Shown one piece after another: positions 37,339-40,862 of a stretch of 40,862 nucleotides of DNA (positions are counted from its first letter, which is position 1; each line of letters opens with the position of its first letter). Location of the stretch: positions 1-40,862 of the forward strand of contig JADGIG010000025.1 of the NCBI GenBank assembly GCA_018985235.1, given 5' to 3'. The position numbers and the translations under genes are program-made. Origin of the DNA: Sanchytrium tribonematis (Eukaryota). The notes under the pieces were generated by a model. The model made no database searches. It saw only the letters and a list, made by a program, of their open reading frames with translations, and was not told the DNA's origin.

Positions 37339-39510
37339 ATGTTACAATATCTTGCTATTTTAATTATGTGGATGGGTGCCATTTTCTTTTCTGAGGCCTT
37401 TTTCTTCATAGAGGGTAATAACAGTGGAATTGAAATAGATTTGCCGATTTTAAACAAAGGGAAAATCGTATTGATCGTCTTGGACGCCCTGCGAGATGAT
37501 TTTGAACTAAATCTAAATTTGCCAAATATAACATATCTTACAAAAGCACATCCCCCAACAGTCACCTTACCAAGATTAAGAGCACTTTTAAATGGAAATA
37601 TTCCAAATTTCGCAGAATCCTGGCAATACACCAACAATAATAATTTCACATCAAATTGGCTTTCTTCATATTTACAGTATAAAAAAGGGTTATTTTTTGG
37701 TGACGAATCATGGTCCCAAATCATCCCTACAGATTTATGGGCGAAACATGAATATGTAACCAGTTTTCATGCAATTGATACCGTTGAATGTGATGCGAAT
37801 GTAACAAGAAATGTTTACAACGAATTGAAATCAGATTGGGATATAATGGTGCTTCATTATTTGGGATTAGATCATGTTGGTCATTGTTGCGGGGGCCCTA
37901 GCTCTCATCTTTTTAAGCCCAAATTAGAAGAATATTCTAAGATTATTACGGATGTTTACCAAACATTATCAGAAAAAGATTATATTGTTGTACTGGGAGA
38001 TCATGGCATGACAGATGCAGGGCAACATGGTGGTAGCACCCTTGAAGAAGTATCAACAAAAGCTATCTTTATTAATTCAAATTTAAAAGCAGCCAAGATT
38101 GATCAATCCATATTACAAATTGACCTCGTACCCATATTGGCACAATTGACATCTGGAAAAATGTCTAAATCTAATTTGGGGATTCCTCCAAATGATTTCC
38201 GCACATCTGGTGTAGAAAGTACCGTCAAGAAGCAATTATTACATAAGTTGTTAAATCAAAATAGGGAGATTTCAACCGAAAGCTTACAAGAAATGTTAAA
38301 TGAGCATTTCAAAGCCCAGGTTGTAATTGATAGCATTACATTGGAATCCTTACAAGAGGAGCTACTCAATCAAAGAGTGAAGTATGATTACAAAGCGATT
38401 CAAAACAGCCTAATTTATATGACTTTGGCATTGTTTCCCTCTTTTGTGGAACTTGTGCTAGATGGTAGCTCCTGGGCAAGTGTACAAGGAAAAGCAAAAC
38501 TTTTCTTCATTGAGATTCAAGAACCTTTTCATTTATTCCTGGTAGTGATATATCTGATCTTATCATATTCAACGTTATTTTCCTCTAGCTTCATTGAAGA
38601 ACAACACATGTTGGAATATTTTGTTTTCACAACGATGCTCGCAATTTCTTTATTTGATAAATTTAAGACTAAAAAATTGGGGCTCAAATCCATTATTAAT
38701 ACTATTAAAGATCCAAATATGATTTTTCTAATAGTTTTCAAGTTTGTAAGGTATTGGAACCAAACTGGTGATAAATGGTTACATCAATGGGATTATTCGA
38801 AAATCTTACAAAATCATCCACAATTGCTTTTGATTCTGATTTCTGTGTCAACATTATTATATTTCAATGATAACAAATCAAAAACGTGTGCGAGCCTCAT
38901 AATTCTTTTCAAGGCAAATCAATTGGGATTGTTTTCAATTCCTCAAATTCAATACCTTGAAATATCAGTTATTGTTATCACAATTAGTCTTGGAAATGTT
39001 GACCACCTTCTTTTATTATTTGCAAAACCAGCTAATATCCCGTTATTGATAATTTTATTTTCTGCTTTATCATACTATAAAAATAATTTTGCTCACGATA
39101 ATACTAGAGTGTTACTTTACTTCGCTCTCAGTCGGTCGGTCTACTTTTTGTTAGGGAATTCTAATTCTTTAAGCACGATTGATATAACAAGTGCATTTAT
39201 AGGATTGACTGACATGAACATATATCTTAGCCCAATCTATGTATATATTACAACATTCGGTCCTAGTTTGTACATTTTATTACAAATACCCAAAAATCCG
39301 AAAAATCTAGAGAAGCAGTTGGTTTATTTTACTAATACTTTTGCTGTTTACTCCTTTTACATTATGACTTTGTCTGTATTCTTCATGAGAGACCATCTTT
39401 TTATTTGGACAGTTTACTCTCCCAGATATGTTTATGAATTTGGTTGGCAAATCACTTTTTTAATTTACATATTTTTAGTTCCCATTAAGAATTATATTAT
39501 GAATTCATAG
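37339..39510 (+). CDS. GPI7: GPI ethanolamine phosphate transferase PIG-G/Gpi7
   Basis: LIVLDALRDDF, AHPPTVTLPRL, LHYLGLDHVGH, GDHGMTDAGQHGGS, SSSFIEEQH and RDHLFIWTVYSPRYVY. Confidence 0.88.
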   Translation: MLQYLAILIMWMGAIFFSEAFFFIEGNNSGIEIDLPILNKGKIVLIVLDALRDDFELNLNLPNITYLTKAHPPTVTLPRLRALLNGNIPNFAESWQYTNNNNFTSNWLSSYLQYKKGLFFGDESWSQIIPTDLWAKHEYVTSFHAIDTVECDANVTRNVYNELKSDWDIMVLHYLGLDHVGHCCGGPSSHLFKPKLEEYSKIITDVYQTLSEKDYIVVLGDHGMTDAGQHGGSTLEEVSTKAIFINSNLKAAKIDQSILQIDLVPILAQLTSGKMSKSNLGIPPNDFRTSGVESTVKKQLLHKLLNQNREISTESLQEMLNEHFKAQVVIDSITLESLQEELLNQRVKYDYKAIQNSLIYMTLALFPSFVELVLDGSSWASVQGKAKLFFIEIQEPFHLFLVVIYLILSYSTLFSSSFIEEQHMLEYFVFTTMLAISLFDKFKTKKLGLKSIINTIKDPNMIFLIVFKFVRYWNQTGDKWLHQWDYSKILQNHPQLLLILISVSTLLYFNDNKSKTCASLIILFKANQLGLFSIPQIQYLEISVIVITISLGNVDHLLLLFAKPANIPLLIILFSALSYYKNNFAHDNTRVLLYFALSRSVYFLLGNSNSLSTIDITSAFIGLTDMNIYLSPIYVYITTFGPSLYILLQIPKNPKNLEKQLVYFTNTFAVYSFYIMTLSVFFMRDHLFIWTVYSPRYVYEFGWQITFLIYIFLVPIKNYIMNS

Positions 39511-39541
39511 GTAATCAGTTCAAAATTTTATTGTCTTGAAA

Positions 39542-40450
39542 TTATCTCATGTAATAATATTCGATGCCATTTTCAACCACACTCCTGCAATAAAGCTTGA
39601 TAAAATTTTGTATTTCTTTTTCATTGTTAGCCAATGGATTTATGTATGGAACGATTTGCTCAGGTTTATATTTGGACTTTAATTTAAATAATGTTTTAAA
39701 TCTATCTTCTGGATGCAAAGGTAAATTATTTTCAGGGATGTAAATCACAGAGCTACTTTTATCATCTAAAACAGCAATTCCATAAAGCATTTTCTCATCA
39801 ATTTGAATTTCATTAATAAATTCTCTGAGATCTGTTTGAAAAGTTTGCCAATTCCTTTCTGTCCCAAGCTTATTCTTCTCGAAATATGTGTAAGTTATTG
39901 CTCTTGTGATTCTATGCCAGTTAGGATTTAAATTTTCAAAAAAATAGCTACAAACAAATTCTTTAATGACAGGGTCCTCTATATTGTCGTTGACTGACAT
40001 TGCAATCAAGGCTTCGAAAATAGTCGTAAGGTCAAGTCTGGTATATCCCTCATTATATGGTACAACGTACAGATCTGGTAAATAAGCAATACATTCTTGA
40101 TCACTACATCCACAATTATCCATCAAGTGTGACTTAGATACGATATCAAACTCTTGAGTACTTTTGTAGACACAAGAGCGAAATAAATTTGCAATATGCG
40201 ACCTATTGGGTTTCATAGGGAAAGCTTTGATGATTTTTCCAACTTTACCAGAAATATTGTTGTCATTTTCGAGCAAAAGCAGAGTGTTGGAATTTTGAAC
40301 TTCTTTTAATAAATATGTCTCCCCGTTTTGTCGGCAAACAAGAGACTGATTGTTGATACCTTTTTTCAGAACCAAATCCTCGAATTCAAAGGGTAGTTCC
40401 AGAAGAATTTCGTTTTCTTGAAAATTTTCTGAGAAGTCAAGTTCCGTCAT
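39542..40450 (-). CDS. DCC1: Sister chromatid cohesion protein Dcc1/DSCC1 (Ctf18-RFC subunit)
   Basis: LLELP, TYLLKEVQNSNTLLL, LPLHPEDRFKTLFKLK, IVPYI and KLYCR. Confidence 0.88.
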   Translation of the reverse strand: MTELDFSENFQENEILLELPFEFEDLVLKKGINNQSLVCRQNGETYLLKEVQNSNTLLLLENDNNISGKVGKIIKAFPMKPNRSHIANLFRSCVYKSTQEFDIVSKSHLMDNCGCSDQECIAYLPDLYVVPYNEGYTRLDLTTIFEALIAMSVNDNIEDPVIKEFVCSYFFENLNPNWHRITRAITYTYFEKNKLGTERNWQTFQTDLREFINEIQIDEKMLYGIAVLDDKSSSVIYIPENNLPLHPEDRFKTLFKLKSKYKPEQIVPYINPLANNEKEIQNFIKLYCRSVVENGIEYYYMR

Positions 40451-40744
40451 TTTAGAACAAAGGAGAAAATGTATACAAATTAATGGATATATTGCGGACT
40501 AGGTAAGTCGCTCAAAGCGAATCCAAAGATAGAATAGCTTTAATAAGAACATTGCAATTGTTTATTTATAAACCAACGGTCCAACGTAATATTCATACTA
40601 GGACAGAAAATGATTTAAACTCTTTTCAATTTTTTCTATATCTAAGTTGCGTCTCTGGATCTTTGAAGAATAATCTAAAAGAATTTTATTGTCAATAAAG
40701 ATTTTCTGCCAAGATAATATCTGTCATTTTACAACTAGGGGGAA

Positions 40745-40862
40745 ATGTACAAAAGTTCGTTAAAAATTATTAAACAGCTCAAAAATAGGAAAATCGCTAA
40801 AGAAAAAAAAGAGAATCACATCAAAAATATAACCAAAAAGGCCACTCTTGTTCATTCAAATC
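40745..40862 (+). CDS. Possible 5' end of a gene running off the window
   Basis: ATG preceded by a G-run; MYKSSLKIIKQLKNRKIAKEKKENHIKN... stays open to the edge. No family recognised. Confidence 0.3.
   Translation, partial: MYKSSLKIIKQLKNRKIAKEKKENHIKNITKKATLVHSN

Noticed and set aside
15331..39510. PIG-S, PIG-G and the CPT/EPT gene as a GPI or lipid gene cluster
   Set aside because: They are separated by many unrelated genes, so chance co-occurrence is sufficient.
17436..40465. AGGAG near gene starts as Shine-Dalgarno sites or signs of prokaryotic operons
   Set aside because: AGGAG is on the non-coding strand (the coding strand reads CTCCT), and the genes are clearly eukaryotic.
1..40862. 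Stop-codon reassignment (TAA/TAG read as Gln, as in some aphelids and ciliates)
   Set aside because: TAA and TAG end conserved proteins at their expected C-termini, and long ORFs are open in the standard code. The internal stops found lie in introns.

Overview
This is an AT-rich, very gene-dense eukaryotic nuclear window with about 29 protein-coding genes and intergenic gaps often of 4-30 nt. I found no rRNA, tRNA, CRISPR array or intact mobile element. Gene content includes mitochondrial ATP synthase delta, medium-chain acyl-CoA dehydrogenase, a small Tim, GPI biosynthesis enzymes, SMC5 and Nse3, and divergent centriole proteins C2CD3 and CEP76. This suggests a streamlined early-diverging zoosporic fungus or a relative, which is an inference. 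Two observations stand out. (1) Four genes are split by GT-AG introns that are all exactly 19 nt with a fixed-position branch-site A; removing them restores conserved protein motifs. (2) A 781-aa protein has seven tandem RNase H1 hybrid-binding (Cauli_VI/viroplasmin) repeats fused to a C-terminal GIY-YIG/T5orf172-like domain instead of an RNase H domain, making it a candidate R-loop- or dsRNA-targeted nuclease. Also seen are a CYCCT motif just upstream of about 12 start codons, very short signal peptides, a tandem pair of CGLxC small secreted peptides, and coding regions the ORF track missed (a kinesin, a 40-aa ORF and a PH-domain first exon). All family assignments come from motif recognition by eye, not from database searches.
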